Counted from the first letter of the stretch, positions 1 to 12,880 are shown. The stretch is 59,851 nt of DNA from Actinomycetales bacterium (GCA_045807245.1 JBJMHS010000059.1:1-59851), one strand, 5' to 3'. Translations and numbers: made by a program. The notes: a model not told the origin generated them from the sequence alone.

Positions 1-255
1 GAGCCGACGATCGTGGCGCGCATCCTCGCGGGCGAGGTCGACATGGTCGTGAACACCCCGACCGGTCCGGCTGCCCGTCACGACGGCTACGAGATCCGCG
101 CGGCCACCACCGGCATGGACCGGCCCATCATCACCACGGTCCAGCAGCTCGGGGCCGCCGTGCAGGGCATCGAGTCGGCCCGGTCGGGCGAGATCTCGGT
201 GCGCTCGTTGCAGGAGCACGCCGAGATCCTGGCCCGCCGGTCCGGCCGGGCATGA
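1..255 (+). CDS. carB: Carbamoyl-phosphate synthase large subunit, C-terminal MGS-like domain (5'-partial)
   Basis: Open frame from base 1: ...[13 protein letters not shown]...DGYEIRAA...PIITT, the CarB C-terminus; directly upstream of pyrD/pyrF. Confidence 0.92.
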   Translation, partial: EPTIVARILAGEVDMVVNTPTGPAARHDGYEIRAATTGMDRPIITTVQQLGAAVQGIESARSGEISVRSLQEHAEILARRSGRA

Positions 256-1328
256 CCTACGAACGGCTCGTCCGCCCGACGCTGTTCCGGCTCGACCCGG
301 AGCGGGCGCACGACCTGGCCCTCGGTGGCCTGGCCGCCGCGTCCGCGCTCGCCGGACCGATCCAGCGCAGACGAGCCAGAGTGGCCGAAACAGGCGCTGG
401 CACAACGGTTTTCGGCCTCGACTTCCCGTCGAGGGTCGGTGTGGCGGCCGGGCTGGACAAGGACGGCCGGGCGCTGCGGGCCTGGCCACTGCTCGGCTTC
501 GGGTTCATCGAGGTGGGCACCGTGACGGCGCAGCCGCAGCCCGGCAACCCGGCACCACGGCTGTTCCGGCTGCCGGCCGACCGGGCAATCGTCAACCGGA
601 TGGGCTTCAACAACGCCGGTGCAGCGGCCCTGGCCGTCCGGCTGCACCGTCTGGGGCCCCTGCCGGTGCCGTTGGGCATCAGCCTCGGCAAGTCCAGGGC
701 GACGCCGGTCGAGGATGCGGTCGATGACTACCTCAGCTCACTGCGCCTGCTGCACGCCTTCGCCGACTACGTCGTCGTCAACGTGAGCTCCCCCAACACT
801 CCCGGCCTGAGGTCGCTGCAGGACCGCGACGCCCTGGCCACGCTGGTGGACCGGCTCGTCGCCGAGTCGCGCGTCCTGGCCGGCGACGCCCACCCCGCAC
901 CGCTGCTCGTGAAGGTCGCACCGGACCTCGGTGACCAGGCCCTCGAAGAGGTCGTCGACGTCTGCCTCGGTCACGAGGTCAGCGGCCTGGTCGCGACGAA
1001 CACGACCCTGGAGCGGTGCGGCCTCCGGCACCCGCATCCGGCCGCCGACGAGACCGGCGGGCTGTCCGGCCCTCCGCTAGCGGCGCGTGCGCTGGACGTC
1101 GTACGCCGCATCCGGGGCCAGGCCGGTGACCGGCTCCCGGTCATCGGCGTCGGCGGGATCAGCGGCCCGGACGACGCGCTGCGGATGGTCGACGCCGGCG
1201 CCAGCCTCGTGCAGCTCTACACCGGCCTGATCTACCAGGGCCCAAGGCTCGTCCGCCGGGTTGCGCGCGCTCTGCAGACCGTGGCGGCGGACGCCCCTAG
1301 CAGCTCCCAGACGAGCGGAACGACATGA
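252..1328 (+). CDS. pyrD: Quinone-dependent dihydroorotate dehydrogenase
   Basis: Motifs [50 protein letters not shown]. Confidence 0.97.
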   Translation: MTYERLVRPTLFRLDPERAHDLALGGLAAASALAGPIQRRRARVAETGAGTTVFGLDFPSRVGVAAGLDKDGRALRAWPLLGFGFIEVGTVTAQPQPGNPAPRLFRLPADRAIVNRMGFNNAGAAALAVRLHRLGPLPVPLGISLGKSRATPVEDAVDDYLSSLRLLHAFADYVVVNVSSPNTPGLRSLQDRDALATLVDRLVAESRVLAGDAHPAPLLVKVAPDLGDQALEEVVDVCLGHEVSGLVATNTTLERCGLRHPHPAADETGGLSGPPLAARALDVVRRIRGQAGDRLPVIGVGGISGPDDALRMVDAGASLVQLYTGLIYQGPRLVRRVARALQTVAADAPSSSQTSGTT

Positions 1329-2170
1329 CCGGGGCGAGCGGCGCGTCGTACGGGCGACGAGTGCGGGAGGCGACCGACGCGCGCGGCCGGTTCTGTGCGG
1401 GGATCGACCCGCATCCTGGGCTGCTCGCCGCGTGGGGACTGACCGACGACGTCGGAGGGCTGGAGACGTTCGCTCTTCTCGCGGCCGAGGTCCTCGGTGC
1501 GGAGGCGGCCGTCGTCAAGCCGCAGTCCGCGTTCTTCGAACGGCACGGCTCACGCGGCGTCGCGGTGCTCGAGCGCACCATTGCCACGATCCGCGAGGCG
1601 GGAGCACTGTGCCTGCTCGACGTCAAGCGCGGCGACATCGGCTCGACCATGGCGGCGTACGCGGATGCGTACGTCGACCCGGCCAGCCCGCTGTCGGCCG
1701 ACGCGGTCACCCTGTCGCCGTACCTGGGGTACGAGTCCCTGCGCCCGATCGTCGACCTCGCGACGAAGCACGGCCGCGGTGTCTACGTCCTGACCCTCAC
1801 CTCGAACCCGGAGGGCGGGCAGGTGCAGCGCGCGACCGCCGTGGACGGCCGGGCGGTCGCGACCGAGATGGCCCGCTGCGCCGCGCGCGACAACGCCGGA
1901 TGCGAACCGCTCGGCTCGGTCGGTCTGGTGGTGGGTGCCACGGTCGGTCTCGCCGTCGCGGAGCTCGGCGTCGACCTTGCGGTCGTCAACGGCTCGTTGC
2001 TCGCACCAGGGGTCGGGGCGCAGGGAGGCACCGCTGCCGACCTGCGCCGCGTCTTCGGCGCGGCGATGGACGCGGTACTGCCGTCGAGCAGTCGCGAGAT
2101 CCTGGCGGCCGGTCCGGACCGAAGAGCGTTGCGCGACGCCGTGCACCGCGCGATCGACGAGTTCGCCTGA
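1325..2170 (+). CDS. pyrF: Orotidine-5'-phosphate decarboxylase
   Basis: [36 protein letters not shown] motifs; ATGA overlap with pyrD. Confidence 0.97.
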   Translation: MTGASGASYGRRVREATDARGRFCAGIDPHPGLLAAWGLTDDVGGLETFALLAAEVLGAEAAVVKPQSAFFERHGSRGVAVLERTIATIREAGALCLLDVKRGDIGSTMAAYADAYVDPASPLSADAVTLSPYLGYESLRPIVDLATKHGRGVYVLTLTSNPEGGQVQRATAVDGRAVATEMARCAARDNAGCEPLGSVGLVVGATVGLAVAELGVDLAVVNGSLLAPGVGAQGGTAADLRRVFGAAMDAVLPSSSREILAAGPDRRALRDAVHRAIDEFA

Positions 2171-2330
2171 GTCCGCTGTTACCCAACGAGAACCGCTCGA
2201 CACCGCTCGTGAACGGACACCATCCGGCGTTGCACCGCGAGAGCACGAGTCGCTAGGTTCGACCGCGTCCCGGAAGCGGCGCACGGGGAAGAGTGCACCG
2301 CCCACCCCCTGCCTCCCGAGGTGACGAGTC

Positions 2331-2648
2331 GTGGCCCTACCGCCGTTGACACCTGAACAGCGAGCAGCGGCGTTGGAGAAGGCCGCGCAGGTACGGCGCG
2401 AGCGGGCCGAGGTGAAGAACCGGCTGAAGTACTCGCACGGGTCGCTGGCGGACGTCATCAAGGAGGGCCAGGAGAGCGCGGTCGTCGGCAAGATGAAGGT
2501 CTCCGCGTTGCTCGAGGCGATGCCCGGTGTGGGCAAGGTGCGGGCGCGCCAGATCATGGCCGACGTCGGCATCTCCGAGAGTCGCCGGGTGAGGGGCTTG
2601 GGCAACAACCAGATCGCCGCGCTGCTCCAGCGCTTCGCCGACGCCTGA
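2331..2648 (+). CDS. mihF: Actinobacterial integration host factor (mIHF/sIHF)
   Basis: [19 protein letters not shown]...[19 protein letters not shown]...SRRVRGLG; conserved pyrF-mihF-gmk order. Confidence 0.97.
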   Translation: MALPPLTPEQRAAALEKAAQVRRERAEVKNRLKYSHGSLADVIKEGQESAVVGKMKVSALLEAMPGVGKVRARQIMADVGISESRRVRGLGNNQIAALLQRFADA

Positions 2649-2649
2649 G

Positions 2650-3222
2650 GTGCCCGACGCTCCCCGCCTGACGGTGCTGGCCGGGCCCACGGCGGTCGGC
2701 AAGGGAACTGTTGAGAGCGACGTCCGCCGGCGCTACCCCGAGGTCTGGATCTCGGTCTCGGTGACGACGCGCGCGCCCCGCCCGGGGGAGGTCGACGGCG
2801 TGCACTACCGCTTCGTCGACGACACCGAGTTCGACCGGATGGTGGCCGCCGGAGAGCTGTTGGAGTGGGCCGTCGTGCACGGCACCCACCGGTCAGGCAC
2901 GCCGAGGCTTCCCGTCGAGGACGCGTTGCGGCGCGGCGTGCCGGCGCTGCTCGAGATCGACCTGCAGGGCGCGCGCCAGGTCAAGGAGTCGATGCCCCAG
3001 GCCCTCTTCGTGTTCCTGCGGCCCCCGAGCTGGGAGGAGCTGGTCCGGCGGCTGGTCGGGCGCGGCACCGAGGACGAGGCCGACCAGGCCCGCCGGCTCG
3101 CGACGGCCGAGCAGGAGATGGCCGCCGAGGAGTGGTTCGACGTGTCCATCGTGAACGACGATGTGCACCGGGCGGCCGACGAACTCGTATCATGGCTGGG
3201 TCTGACCCCCAGGACGGCCTGA
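2650..3222 (+). CDS. gmk: Guanylate kinase
   Basis: [10 protein letters not shown]-loop, [29 protein letters not shown]. Confidence 0.97.
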   Translation: MPDAPRLTVLAGPTAVGKGTVESDVRRRYPEVWISVSVTTRAPRPGEVDGVHYRFVDDTEFDRMVAAGELLEWAVVHGTHRSGTPRLPVEDALRRGVPALLEIDLQGARQVKESMPQALFVFLRPPSWEELVRRLVGRGTEDEADQARRLATAEQEMAAEEWFDVSIVNDDVHRAADELVSWLGLTPRTA

Positions 3223-3293
3223 ACCGAGAGCCCGTCCCAGTCTGGTCCAGGCGTGACATCTCCTCCGATTTCCTAGCGAAACGAGACATACCA

Positions 3294-3557
3294 GTGCCCG
3301 GTACGCCGGCAGCTCCCGAAGGCATCACCAACCCGCCGATCGACGACCTGCTCAAGGCCGCCGACTCCAAGTACGCCCTGGTCATCTACTCGGCCAAGCG
3401 TGCCCGGCAGATCAACGCCTACTACTCCCAGCTCGGCGAGGGCCTGCTGGAGTACGTCGGCCCGCTGGTCGAGACCCATGTCCACGAGAAGCCGCTGTCC
3501 ATCGCGCTCCGTGAGATCGACGAGGGTCTGCTGACCTCCGAGCCGATCGAGGGCTGA
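3294..3557 (+). CDS. rpoZ: RNA polymerase omega subunit
   Basis: [11 protein letters not shown]...[17 protein letters not shown]...[10 protein letters not shown]; start moved to GTG 3294 within ORF 2865..3557. Confidence 0.97.
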   Translation: MPGTPAAPEGITNPPIDDLLKAADSKYALVIYSAKRARQINAYYSQLGEGLLEYVGPLVETHVHEKPLSIALREIDEGLLTSEPIEG

Positions 3558-3565
3558 CCGCACCG

Positions 3566-4846
3566 ATGTCGCACCGGCCCCGGGTCGTCCTCGGTGTCGG
3601 CGGCGGCATCGCGGCGTACAAGGTCGTCTCCCTGCTCCGTCTCCTCACCGAGAGCGGACACGACGTCCGCGTCGTCCCCACCCGGTCCGCACTTGAGTTC
3701 GTCGGTGCGCCGACCTGGGCCGCCCTGTCCGGGCACCCGGTCAGCGCGGAGGTCTGGGACGACGCCCACGAGGTGCCGCACGTGCGTCTCGGCCGTGAGG
3801 CCGAGCTCGTCGTCGTCGCGCCGGCGACCGCTGACCTGCTGGCCCGGGCCGCGCACGGTCTGGCCGACGACCTGCTGACCTCGACCCTGCTCACGGCGAC
3901 CTGTCCGGTCCTGCTGGCTCCGGCCATGCACACCGAGATGTGGGAGCACCCCGCGACCCGGGCCAACGTCGCCACCCTGCGCGGGCGCGGCGTGCGCGTC
4001 ATCGAGCCCGCGTCGGGACGGCTGACCGGAGCCGACACCGGCCCCGGGCGGCTGCCCGAACCCGAGGACCTGTACGCCGCGTGCCTGGACGCTCTGCGCT
4101 CGGCGGCCGCGCCTGGTCCTGAGCTTGACCTGTCCGGCCGGACCGTCGTGGTGAGCGCGGGCGGGACCCGGGAGCCGCTCGATCCGGTCCGTTTCCTGGG
4201 CAACCGCTCCTCGGGGAAGATGGGGGTCGCGCTGGCCCGGGCCGCGGCCGCCCGGGGCGCCAAGGTGCTCCTCGTCGGCGCCAACCTGGACGCGGCCGTC
4301 TCCGCACCCGCCCTGACCTCCGGCGTCGACCTGGTGCCGGTCGGCAGCGCGTTGGAGCTGCGCGATGCGGTGCTGGCCGCCGCCGAGCAGGCGGACGTCG
4401 TCGTGATGGCGGCCGCGGTGGCCGACTTCCGGCCCGCGACCTACGCCGACGCGAAGATCAAGAAGAGCGACGACCCCGGACAGCCGCAGGCGCCGTCCGT
4501 GGAGCTGGTGCGCAACCCCGACGTCCTGGCCGAGCTGGTGCACCGGCGCACGGACGGTCATGCGCCCGCCGGGCAGGTGCTGGTGGGCTTCGCGGCCGAG
4601 ACCGGCGACGCGACCGGCGACGTGCTCGCGCTGGGCCGGGCCAAGCTGGCCCGCAAGGGCTGCGACCTGATGGTCGTCAACGAGGTCGGCGTGCGCACGA
4701 CGTTCGGCCAGGACGAGAGCAGTGCCACGATCCTGGACCGCGAGGGCGGTGAGCAGGCCCTGCCGCACGGGCCCAAGCCGGTCCTCGCTGACGCCGTCTG
4801 GGACGCCGTTGTGCGGCGGGTCGGGTCGTCGACCCCCGCTCGGTAG
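3566..4846 (+). CDS. coaBC: Bifunctional phosphopantothenoylcysteine decarboxylase/synthetase
   Basis: GGGIAAYK, APATAD, PAMHTEMW, GGTREPLDPVRFLGNRSSGKMG, AAVADF, GFAAET. Confidence 0.97.
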   Translation: MSHRPRVVLGVGGGIAAYKVVSLLRLLTESGHDVRVVPTRSALEFVGAPTWAALSGHPVSAEVWDDAHEVPHVRLGREAELVVVAPATADLLARAAHGLADDLLTSTLLTATCPVLLAPAMHTEMWEHPATRANVATLRGRGVRVIEPASGRLTGADTGPGRLPEPEDLYAACLDALRSAAAPGPELDLSGRTVVVSAGGTREPLDPVRFLGNRSSGKMGVALARAAAARGAKVLLVGANLDAAVSAPALTSGVDLVPVGSALELRDAVLAAAEQADVVVMAAAVADFRPATYADAKIKKSDDPGQPQAPSVELVRNPDVLAELVHRRTDGHAPAGQVLVGFAAETGDATGDVLALGRAKLARKGCDLMVVNEVGVRTTFGQDESSATILDREGGEQALPHGPKPVLADAVWDAVVRRVGSSTPAR

Positions 4847-4885
4847 ACTCGCCCACCAATCGCCGTACGACTGAGGAGTTCCAGC

Positions 4886-6082
<1,197 letters not shown>

Positions 6083-6116
6083 TCGCAGCGCTGGCGGGAT
6101 CGGGTAGAACGAGAGC

Positions 6117-8132
6117 GTGACCCAGCCGGCGGACGATGAGCAGCTCGCGCTGCTGACGCCGCCGCGCACGCGCCGCCGCGCTCCGGGCGCCCCCGAGCGG
6201 CTCGCCGACGAGCTGCCAGTCGCGGGCGTCGTGGTCGAGGTGGGACTGGCCCATCTGGACCGGCCCTTCGACTACGCCGTGCCCGCGTCCATGGCCGCCG
6301 CGGCCCGGCCCGGCGTGCGGGTGCGCATCCGGTTCGCCGGCCGGGAGGTGGGCGGCTACGTCGTCGACCGACGGGCCGAGGCCGAGCACACCGGGTCGCT
6401 GACGCCGATCCGGCGGGTGGTCTCCGAGGAGGTCGTGCTGCCTCCGGCCCTGCTGGCGCTCTGCCGCGACGTCGCCCGACGCTGGGCCGGCTCCCTGCCG
6501 GACGTGCTGCGGCTGGCCGTCCCACCGCGCAACGCGACGGCGGAGCGGGCGGCCGGAGAGCCGGCGCCACCCGCACCGGAGCGACCCGGCCCGGGGCCTT
6601 GGTCGTCGTACGCGGCCGGGCCGGCGTTCCTGCAACGTCTCGCGGTCGGGGAGCCGGCTCGCGCGGCCTGGACGGTGCTGCCCGGCCCGGCCTGGCCGGA
6701 GGCGGTCGCGCGGGCCGCGGCCACGACGGCCTCGACCGGGCGGGGTGCGCTGGTCGTGCTGCCCGACCATCGCGACGTGGACCGGGTCGAGCGGGCCGTC
6801 CGGGCCTTGCTCGGACCGGCTCAGCACGTCCGGCTCACCGCGGACCAGGGCCCGCAGGCCCGGTACGCCGCCTGGCTGCGCGTGCTGCGCGGCCAGGTCC
6901 GCATCGTGCTGGGCACCCGCGCGGCCGCGCTCGCGCCGCTGCCGGACCTGGGGCTGGTGGTCTGCTGGGACGACGGCGACGACCTGCATGCGGAACCGCA
7001 CGCGCCGTACTTTCACGTCCGCGACGTCCTGGTCCAGCGCGCGGACCAGGCCGGGGCGGCGGCGTTGTTCGGCGGGTTCACGCGGACCGCTGAGGTACAG
7101 CGCCTGGTCGAGCAGGGCTGGGCCCGCTCGGTCACCGGCTCACGGGCGCAGGTGCGGCAGCTGGCCCCGCGGGTGCTCCTCGCCGGTGAGGGCGCCGAGC
7201 CGTCGCGCGACCCCGCGGCTCGGTCGGCGCGGCTCGCGTCCCTGGCCTGGCGCACGGCCAAGGCCGCCCTGGACCAGGGGCCGGTGCTCGTCCAGGTGCC
7301 CCGAGCCGGGTACCAGCCCGGGCTCGCCTGTCAGACCTGCCGCGCCCCCGCTCGTTGCCGCACCTGCCACGGGCCGCTCGCGGTGGCCGAGCGTGGTGGG
7401 CCTCCGGCCTGCCGTTGGTGCGGCCGGCTCGACCCGGCGTGGGCTTGCCCGGTGTGCGAGGGGCGGACACTGCGCGCGAGCGTCTCGGGGGCGCGCCGCA
7501 CCGCGGAGGAGCTGGGCCGCGCCTTCCCCGGGGTCCCGGTGCGCTCCAGCGGGGCCGGCCAGGTGCTCGGCCAGGTGCCCTCGACGCCCGCCCTCGTCGT
7601 GGCAACCCCGGGTGCCGAACCAGTGGCGGAGGGCGGGTACGCCGCGGTCCTGCTCCTCGACGGCTGGGTCCTGCTGGCCCGGGCCGACCTGCGCGCGGCA
7701 GAGGAGGCGCTCCGCCGCTGGTGTACGGCGGCCGCCCTCGCGCGCCCCGGGCGCGCGGGCGGGACGGTCGTCCTGGCCGCCCCGTCCGGCGCGCCACCGG
7801 CCGAGGCGATGGTGCGCTGGGACCCGGTCTGGCATGCAGAGCGCGAGCTGGCCGAGCGGAGCGCGCTCGGCTTCCCGCCCGCCGTCAGAGCGGCCACGCT
7901 GACGGGGACAGCGGCGAGCGTGCGGCAGCTGCTCGGTGCCGCCCGCCTGCCCGACGGGACCGAGGTGCTCGGTCCGGTAGCGGTCGGGACGGATGAGCGG
8001 GCCGTGCTGCGCGCGCCGGTCGAGCGCGGGCTGGACCTGGCGGACGCGCTGCGCGCCGCGCAGGGCGTCCGGTCCGCGCGCAAGGACCCGGACCCCGTCC
8101 GGGTGCAGGTCGACCCAGTCGACCTGGTCTGA
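6117..8132 (+). CDS. priA: Primosomal protein N' (actinobacterial type, helicase motifs degenerate)
   Basis: HLDRPFDY N-terminal domain, four CxxC zinc motifs, RTAEELGRAFP, VDPVDL end; follows metK. Confidence 0.93.
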   Translation: MTQPADDEQLALLTPPRTRRRAPGAPERLADELPVAGVVVEVGLAHLDRPFDYAVPASMAAAARPGVRVRIRFAGREVGGYVVDRRAEAEHTGSLTPIRRVVSEEVVLPPALLALCRDVARRWAGSLPDVLRLAVPPRNATAERAAGEPAPPAPERPGPGPWSSYAAGPAFLQRLAVGEPARAAWTVLPGPAWPEAVARAAATTASTGRGALVVLPDHRDVDRVERAVRALLGPAQHVRLTADQGPQARYAAWLRVLRGQVRIVLGTRAAALAPLPDLGLVVCWDDGDDLHAEPHAPYFHVRDVLVQRADQAGAAALFGGFTRTAEVQRLVEQGWARSVTGSRAQVRQLAPRVLLAGEGAEPSRDPAARSARLASLAWRTAKAALDQGPVLVQVPRAGYQPGLACQTCRAPARCRTCHGPLAVAERGGPPACRWCGRLDPAWACPVCEGRTLRASVSGARRTAEELGRAFPGVPVRSSGAGQVLGQVPSTPALVVATPGAEPVAEGGYAAVLLLDGWVLLARADLRAAEEALRRWCTAAALARPGRAGGTVVLAAPSGAPPAEAMVRWDPVWHAERELAERSALGFPPAVRAATLTGTAASVRQLLGAARLPDGTEVLGPVAVGTDERAVLRAPVERGLDLADALRAAQGVRSARKDPDPVRVQVDPVDLV

Positions 8133-8191
8133 GCAACTGGGCCGAAGGGGTCGGGCGTGCCGTGCGCGACGCCGTCCCATACCCTCCCGGG

Positions 8192-8815
8192 GTGGGTTCG
8201 GGCATTGACACCGTCGTCTTCGACCTCGGCGGGGTGCTGATCGAGTGGGAGCCCCGCGCGGCCTTCCGCGACGTGCTGCCCGCCGACGAGGTCCAAGGGT
8301 TCTTCGAGGAGATCGGGTTCCACGAGTGGAACCGGGCCCTGGACGCCGGACGCCCGATGGCCGAGGCCGAGGCCGAGATCGACGAGCGCTTCCCGCACCG
8401 CGCCGGGATCATCGCGGCGTACCGGACGAACTTCCGGAACACGCTGGTCGGTCTGGTCGACGGCACGGCCGACATCGTCCGTGAGCTGGCCGACGCGGGG
8501 CTCCGGTTGCTCGCGCTGACCAACTGGTCGGCCGAGAGCTTTCCCGTCGCGCGCGAGCTGTTCCCGGTGCTCAACCTGTTCGAGGCCATCGTGGTGTCGG
8601 GCGAGGAGCGGGTGGCCAAGCCCGACCCGCGCATCTTCCGGACCATGATCGACCGGCACACGCTGGAGGCGGAGCGCACGGCGTACATCGACGACTCCGC
8701 GCCCAACGTGGCCGCCGCCCTCGAGCTCGGCCTGCGGGCCGTCCAGTTCACCGGTGCACTGGCCCTGCGGCGGGACCTGATCAGGCTGGGCCTGCCGGTG
8801 GGGCGCCGTCCGTAG
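8192..8815 (+). CDS. HAD-family phosphatase/hydrolase
   Basis: VVFDLGGVL (motif I), LTNW, SGEERVAKPDPRIF, IDDSAPNV; GTG 8192 chosen because TACCCT lies 6 nt upstream. Confidence 0.9.
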   Translation: MGSGIDTVVFDLGGVLIEWEPRAAFRDVLPADEVQGFFEEIGFHEWNRALDAGRPMAEAEAEIDERFPHRAGIIAAYRTNFRNTLVGLVDGTADIVRELADAGLRLLALTNWSAESFPVARELFPVLNLFEAIVVSGEERVAKPDPRIFRTMIDRHTLEAERTAYIDDSAPNVAAALELGLRAVQFTGALALRRDLIRLGLPVGRRP

Positions 8816-8824
8816 ACTGGAGGC

Positions 8825-9370
8825 ATGGCCCTCCAGCAGATCCGCCTCTTCGGCGACCCCGTCCTGCGCACCCCTGCGCTCGAGGTCGTCGACTTCGACG
8901 AGGAGCTGCGCGGGCTCGTCTCCGACCTGCAGGACACCATGCTGGCCGCTCCCGGTGTCGGTCTGGCCGCGCCGCAGATCGGCGTCAGCCTGCGGGTCTT
9001 CGCCTACCACGTGGACGGGGTGCTCGGGCACCTGGTCAACCCGACGCTGGACCTGTCGGGGGAGCCGGAGCCGGGCGAGGAGGGCTGCCTGTCGTTCCCC
9101 GGTGTGTACTTCGAGACGCCGCGGGCGCCGCGCGTGGTGGCCAAGGGCATGAACATGCACGGCGAGCCAGTGGTGATCGAGGGCAGCGAGCTGCTGGCCC
9201 GCTGCATCCAGCACGAGACCGACCACCTGGACGGCGTGCTGTTCATCGACCGGATGGACCGGGCGCAGCGCAAGCTCGCGATGAAGGCCATCCGCGAGGC
9301 GGAGTGGGCGGGTGGCTCGACGCCGGTCGTCAAGCTCAGCCCGCACGCGACGTTCGGCAAGGCGCTGTAG
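8825..9370 (+). CDS. def: Peptide deformylase
   Basis: GVGLAAPQIG, EGCLS, QHETDHLDG. Confidence 0.98.
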   Translation: MALQQIRLFGDPVLRTPALEVVDFDEELRGLVSDLQDTMLAAPGVGLAAPQIGVSLRVFAYHVDGVLGHLVNPTLDLSGEPEPGEEGCLSFPGVYFETPRAPRVVAKGMNMHGEPVVIEGSELLARCIQHETDHLDGVLFIDRMDRAQRKLAMKAIREAEWAGGSTPVVKLSPHATFGKAL

Positions 9371-9373
9371 CGC

Positions 9374-10312
9374 GTGCGGCTGGTTTTCGCCGGCACGCCG
9401 CAGGTCGCGCTCCCCGCGCTCGAGGCCGTCCTCGGCTCGCATCACGAGGTGGTCGCCGTCCTCACCCGCCCGGACGCGCCGTCCGGCCGCGGGCGGCAGG
9501 TCATGGCGAGCCCGGTGCGGGACCGCGCCGAGTCGCTCGGGATCGAGGTGCTCACGCCGTACCGGCTGGACGAGCGGGAGGTCCAGGACCGGCTGCGCGC
9601 CCTGGCACCGGACTGCGGGCCGGTCGTGGCGTACGGCGCACTGGTCCCGTTGCCGGTGCTGCGGGTCCCGCCGCACGGGTGGGTCAACCTGCACTTCAGC
9701 GTCCTGCCCTCGTGGCGCGGCGCCGCTCCCATCCAGCGCGCCCTGATCGCCGGTGACGAGGTGGTCGGCGCCACCACCTTCCAGCTCGACGAAGGGCTGG
9801 ACACCGGGCCGGTGTACGGCGTGATGACCGAGCTGGTGCGCCCCGACGACACCGCCGGCAGCCTCTTGACGCGGGTTGCGGAGGGTGGGGCACAGCTGCT
9901 GCTGCGGACCCTGGACGGCATCGAGGACGGCTCGTTGCAGCCGGTGCCGCAGTCGACGGACGGGGTCTCGACCGCGCCCAAGCTGTCGGTCGACGACGCG
10001 CGGGTCGACTGGTCCGCACCGGCCGGGCGGATCGACCATCTGGTTCGCGGCTGCACGCCGTCGCCCGGGGCGTGGACGACGTTCCGCGGCGAGCGCCTCA
10101 AGCTCGGACCGGTCCAGCTTCCTGCTGTCGCCGGCGAGAGCGAGCCGCTCGCGCCCGGCCGGATCGAGGTCAACCGGCGGTTCGTGCGAGTCGGCACCGG
10201 AACGGCGCCGGTCCGGCTGGGCCAGGTCCAGCCCCACGGCCGCCGCGCCATGCCGGCCGTGAACTGGGCCCGGGGGGCGCGCATCGCCGAGGATGAGCGG
10301 TTCGACTCATGA
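9374..10312 (+). CDS. fmt: Methionyl-tRNA formyltransferase
   Basis: [32 protein letters not shown]. Confidence 0.98.
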   Translation: MRLVFAGTPQVALPALEAVLGSHHEVVAVLTRPDAPSGRGRQVMASPVRDRAESLGIEVLTPYRLDEREVQDRLRALAPDCGPVVAYGALVPLPVLRVPPHGWVNLHFSVLPSWRGAAPIQRALIAGDEVVGATTFQLDEGLDTGPVYGVMTELVRPDDTAGSLLTRVAEGGAQLLLRTLDGIEDGSLQPVPQSTDGVSTAPKLSVDDARVDWSAPAGRIDHLVRGCTPSPGAWTTFRGERLKLGPVQLPAVAGESEPLAPGRIEVNRRFVRVGTGTAPVRLGQVQPHGRRAMPAVNWARGARIAEDERFDS

Positions 10313-11817
10313 GCGCATCGGGACCCGAACGGCGCGGGCGTCGGCCCGCTCCGCGCTCCGCACCGCGTTCGGCCCAGCGGCCGGCCGAGCGGGCCCGCTC
10401 GACCGACCCGGCCCGCCGCGCGGCGTACGACGTCCTGCGTGCGGTCGCCGAACGTGACGCCTACGCGAACCTCGTGCTGCCCGGGATGCTGCGGGCCCGC
10501 TCGATCCGGGGCCGGGACGCGGCCTTCGCCACCGAGCTGACCTACGGGACGCTGCGCTGGCAGGGCACGTACGACGCGGTGCTGGCCGCCTGTCTGGACA
10601 AGCCGCTGACCGGCGACATCGGGCTGCGGCTCGCACTGCGGCTCGGGGCGCACCAGCTGCTCGGCATGCGGGTGCAGGCCCATGCCGCGGTCAGCGAGAC
10701 GGTGGGGCTGGTCCGCGAGGTGGTCGGCATCGGTCCGGGCGGACTGGCCAACGCTGTCCTGCGGCGGGTGGCCGAGCGTTCGCTCGACGCCTGGGTGGCC
10801 GAGCTGGCCCCGCCGGTCGAGGCGGACCTCGTCGGTCACCTCGCGCTGGCCCAGAGCCATCCGCCGTGGATCGTGCGGGCGATGCGCGACGGGTTGGCGG
10901 CCCACGACCGCTCGCTCGCCGGCGACCGGGAACGGCTCGATGCCGAGCTGGCCGCCGTTCTGGCCGCCGACAACGCACCACCCGCCGTGACCCTGGTGGC
11001 CCGGCCCGGGTTGGTGACGCCCGAGGAGCTGGCCGGGTCCGGGCTGGTCGCACCCGGGCGGTGGTCGCCGTACGCCCTCGTCGCCCAGGGCGACCCCGGC
11101 GCCATCGCGGCCGTCCGCGACGGGCGGGCCGCCGTACAGGACGAGGGCAGCCAGCTCGTCGCGCTCGCCCTCGCCGGTGCGGGGCTCGAGGGCCCGGACC
11201 GGCTGTGGCTGGACCTGTGTGCCGGGCCGGGTGGCAAGGCCGGGCTCCTGGGGGCGCTGGCCCGGGAGCGCGGTGCGCGGCTGGTGGCCAACGAGGTCGC
11301 GCCGCACCGGGCCGAGCTCGTCCGGCAGGCCGTCGTCGCGCTCGGCGACGCCGTCGAGGTGCGCGAGGGGGACGGGCGCGAGCTCGGTCGTGAGCGACCC
11401 GGGGCCTTCGACCGGGTGCTGGTCGACGTGCCGTGCACCGGGCTGGGTGCGCTGCGCCGACGCCCCGAGTCACGGTGGCGCCGCCAGCCCGGCGATGTCG
11501 GCGCGCTGGCCCGCCTGCAGCGCGAGCTGCTGGGGTCGGCGCTCGACGCGGCGCGGCCCGGCGGCCTGGTCGCGTACGTGACCTGCTCGCCGCATGTCGG
11601 GGAGACGCTGCTCGTCGTCCAGGATGTCCTGCGCCGGCGGGACGACGTGGAACAGATCGAGGCCCGGGCGGCCGTCGTCGGCGCGGCATCAGCGGCTGAG
11701 GCCCTCGATCTCGGAGAGTCGATGCAGGGCACGCTCGGGGACGGCCCGGCCGCCCAGCTCTGGCCGCACCGGCACGGCACCGACGCGATGTTCCTCGCCC
11801 TGCTGCGCCGCCGCTGA
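10309..11817 (+). CDS. rsmB: RsmB/NOP-family RNA m5C methyltransferase with NusB-like N-domain
   Basis: [29 protein letters not shown]; follows fmt. Confidence 0.95.
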   Translation: MSASGPERRGRRPAPRSAPRSAQRPAERARSTDPARRAAYDVLRAVAERDAYANLVLPGMLRARSIRGRDAAFATELTYGTLRWQGTYDAVLAACLDKPLTGDIGLRLALRLGAHQLLGMRVQAHAAVSETVGLVREVVGIGPGGLANAVLRRVAERSLDAWVAELAPPVEADLVGHLALAQSHPPWIVRAMRDGLAAHDRSLAGDRERLDAELAAVLAADNAPPAVTLVARPGLVTPEELAGSGLVAPGRWSPYALVAQGDPGAIAAVRDGRAAVQDEGSQLVALALAGAGLEGPDRLWLDLCAGPGGKAGLLGALARERGARLVANEVAPHRAELVRQAVVALGDAVEVREGDGRELGRERPGAFDRVLVDVPCTGLGALRRRPESRWRRQPGDVGALARLQRELLGSALDAARPGGLVAYVTCSPHVGETLLVVQDVLRRRDDVEQIEARAAVVGAASAAEALDLGESMQGTLGDGPAAQLWPHRHGTDAMFLALLRRR

Positions 11818-11828
11818 CCCCACCGGCC

Positions 11829-11934
11829 CCGTGCTCCCCACCCCGCGCGGTGCTCCCCGCAGCCCGGTGCAAGCACCCAAAATGGCCGGCCCGCACCGGG
11901 CGCCAGGGAGTACGGCGGGGGCGGGGGAGCACGG
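11829..11934. repeat. Long imperfect inverted repeat between rsmB and rpe
   Basis: CCGTGCTCCCC (11829-11839) / GGGGAGCACGG (11924-11934); nested GTGCTCCC/GGGAGTAC and GCCCGGTGC (11862-11870) / GCACCGGGC (11893-11901). Confidence 0.8.
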
Positions 11935-11948
11935 ATAGGCTCGCGGGC

Positions 11949-12632
11949 GTGGGCCTGCAGATCGCGCCGAGCATCCTGTCCAGCGACTTCAGCGCCCTGG
12001 GCGATGAGCTGCGGCGGATCGCCAGCGCCGACTTGGCGCACGTCGACGTCATGGACAACCACTTCGTACCCAACCTGACCCTGGGCCTGCCGGTCGTGGA
12101 GGCGCTGGCCAAGGTCAGCCCCATCCCGATCGACGCGCACCTGATGATCGAGGACCCGGACCGGTGGGCGCCCGCCTACGCCGAGGCCGGCTGCGCCAGC
12201 GTGACCTTCCACGTCGAGGCCGCGACCGCCCCGATCCGGCTGGCCCGCGAGCTGCGCTCACTCGGCGCCCGGGCCGGCCTGGCGCTGCGGCCGGCGACCG
12301 CGGTCGAGCCCTATCTCGACCTGCTGCCCGAGATCGACCTGCTCCTGGTGATGACGGTGGAGCCCGGGTTCGGCGGGCAGCAGTTCCTGGACGCCTGCCT
12401 GGCCAAGGTGAAGCGGGCCCGGGCGGCGATCAACGCATCGGCTCGCGGCGGTCAGCTCTGGTTGCAGGTCGACGGCGGGGTGAGCGCGGACACGATCGAG
12501 CGCTGTGCCGCGGCCGGAGCCGACGTGTTCGTCGCGGGCACGGCGGTGTACGGCGCCGGTGACGCGGCTGAGGCGATCGAGGCCCTGCGGGTGGCCGCGG
12601 CCGCGGGGGCGGCGCATCACATCGAGACCTGA
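11949..12632 (+). CDS. rpe: Ribulose-phosphate 3-epimerase
   Basis: [45 protein letters not shown] 11949 lies 7 nt after TAGGCT. Confidence 0.97.
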   Translation: MGLQIAPSILSSDFSALGDELRRIASADLAHVDVMDNHFVPNLTLGLPVVEALAKVSPIPIDAHLMIEDPDRWAPAYAEAGCASVTFHVEAATAPIRLARELRSLGARAGLALRPATAVEPYLDLLPEIDLLLVMTVEPGFGGQQFLDACLAKVKRARAAINASARGGQLWLQVDGGVSADTIERCAAAGADVFVAGTAVYGAGDAAEAIEALRVAAAAGAAHHIET

Positions 12633-12669
12633 CGCAGTGCGGGCTAGGATGCCCCTGAAGCAACGTCCA

Positions 12670-12798
12670 CACGTGCTCCGGGGTCGGTGCAATTCCGAAC
12701 CGGCGGTGACAGTCCGCGACCCGGCCGCAGCCAGCGGCCGGTTGACCTGGTGGAACTCCAGGACCGACGGTGAAAGTCCGGATGGGAGGCAGCACGTG
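12670..12798 (+). ncRNA. FMN (RFN) riboswitch
   Basis: P1 CACGTGCT/AGCACGTG enclosing GGGGTCGGTGCAATTCCGAACCGGCGGTGACAGTCCGCGA...GACCTGGTGGAACTCCAGGACCGACGGTGAAAGTCCGGATGGGAG; downstream GCGGTCGT (12833-12840) can pair with ACGACCGC (12872-12879) next to the RBS. Confidence 0.96.
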
Positions 12799-12880
12799 GG
12801 CGGCTGGGTCGGGCACTCTCCGGTGCTCTGACGCGGTCGTCTGTCCCCGGAGTGCCCTGGCATCCGGAGGAACGACCGCA

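Noticed and set aside
6117..8132. PriA lacking Walker A and DExH motifs
   Set aside because: Known property of actinobacterial PriA, not a pseudogene or a novelty
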